NCBI GenBank assembly: GCA_021827995.1
Contig: JAKATK010000014.1
Coordinates: forward strand, 10,888-34,887
DNA: 24,000 bases
DNA from: Candidatus Micrarchaeota archaeon
Lineage (GTDB): Archaea > Micrarchaeota > Micrarchaeia > Micrarchaeales > Micrarchaeaceae
Direction: 5' to 3'
Below, in pieces: positions 23,584 to 24,000 of the stretch. A model generated the notes under the pieces. The model searched no databases. It saw only the letters and a program-made list of their open reading frames with translations, and was not told where the DNA came from. Position 1 is the first letter of the stretch. Each line of letters starts with the position of its first letter. Made by a program: the position numbers and the translations under genes.

Positions 23584-24000
23584 ATGCAATTCAACGTAAA
23601 GGGCGTGAATATCAGGAGCGAGGAGAGCGTAGAGGCTAGCAGCGCACCGGCAGCGGCAGAGCACGCAAAGGAGGTAACGCGTCATGCGTCTACGGACAAG
23701 ACCTCCGAGCTGCGCGTCTACGCTGAGACGCGGAAGACCGAGATGTTCGTCTACATAGACGAGCTCTACATGGGCGTGCAGCGCGGACTGAACCCTTCCT
23801 TGACCAAGCTCGTTCCGATGGGTCAGCCGAGGCTTGATCAGTCGCTCAGCGACCGAAACGATGGCACCATCGCCGTGTGGGAAAGGCGCGGGCCTACTGG
23901 AGGAGTCATCACGCTTGACAAGAAAGCGCTCGACCTGTTCTCACGCATGCAGCAGTACGAGGCCGACGGCAATACAGACGCGGCTGGCAGGATAAGGCAC
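23584..24000 (+). CDS. Hypothetical protein, paralog of the 6915..8048 HExxH protein (module B), 3' end beyond window; absent from the supplied ORF track
   Basis: Hand translation gives 139 codons without a stop, from an ATG preceded by GGTG: MQFNVKGVNIRSEE...LRVYAETRKTEMFVYIDELYMGVQRGL...GVITLDKKALDLFSRMQQYEADGNTDAAGRIRH. It is collinear with 6915..8048: LRVY/FRLY, then LY at +19/20 in both, ITL/ITV at +66/67, and FSRMQ/FSDMQ at +11 from there. The window ends about where the HExxH motif would be expected. Confidence 0.55.
   Translation, partial: MQFNVKGVNIRSEESVEASSAPAAAEHAKEVTRHASTDKTSELRVYAETRKTEMFVYIDELYMGVQRGLNPSLTKLVPMGQPRLDQSLSDRNDGTIAVWERRGPTGGVITLDKKALDLFSRMQQYEADGNTDAAGRIRH

Noticed and set aside
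1-24000. Search by eye for CRISPR arrays, IS/transposase, integrase, prophage, rRNA or long repeats
   Set aside because: No regularly spaced repeats and no recombinase-like ORFs were seen. Codon usage appears uniform throughout. The tRNA-Thr is not flanked by an integrase or direct repeats. A proper k-mer or self-dot-plot analysis would be needed to exclude short dispersed repeats.

Overview
GC-rich, tightly packed archaeal chromosomal segment with about 30 genes, one tRNA and almost no non-coding DNA. Archaeal hallmarks are aIF5A, ribosomal proteins S24e and S27ae, SepF, tRNA-splicing endonuclease, a class III (prepilin-type) signal peptide protein, A/T-rich TATA boxes and GGTG-type ribosome-binding sites. 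The strong ATA-Ile/AGG-Arg codon preference, a three-unit EndA and a giant pilin-like surface protein suggest a DPANN/Micrarchaeota-like (ARMAN-2-like) or Thermoplasmata-related lineage; that placement is inference only. Gene order: htpX (partial), tRNA-Thr, a 3-gene ABC transporter, aIF5A-S24e-S27ae, CPBP protease, TrmJ-like methyltransferase, sepF, TRAM-like + HExxH protein pair, GNAT, malic enzyme, small Toprim protein, DEAD-box helicase, a TANGO2/NRDE-CoaC-CoaB fusion, a 642-aa pilin-like adhesin, endA, EamA transporter, a coupled DapA-like/UbiD/UbiA operon, HIT, MFS, then a second TRAM-like + paralogous protein pair running off the window. No CRISPR array, transposase, integrase or rRNA was seen. 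Most noteworthy: (1) a single ORF fusing an N-terminal TANGO2/NRDE domain to bifunctional CoaBC, which links this enigmatic family to CoA biosynthesis by gene fusion; (2) a duplicated, uncharacterised two-gene module of a small TRAM-like beta-barrel protein plus an orphan HExxH (gluzincin-like) protein; (3) a three-unit tRNA-splicing endonuclease; (4) an aldolase-UbiD-UbiA operon with overlapping start/stop codons.
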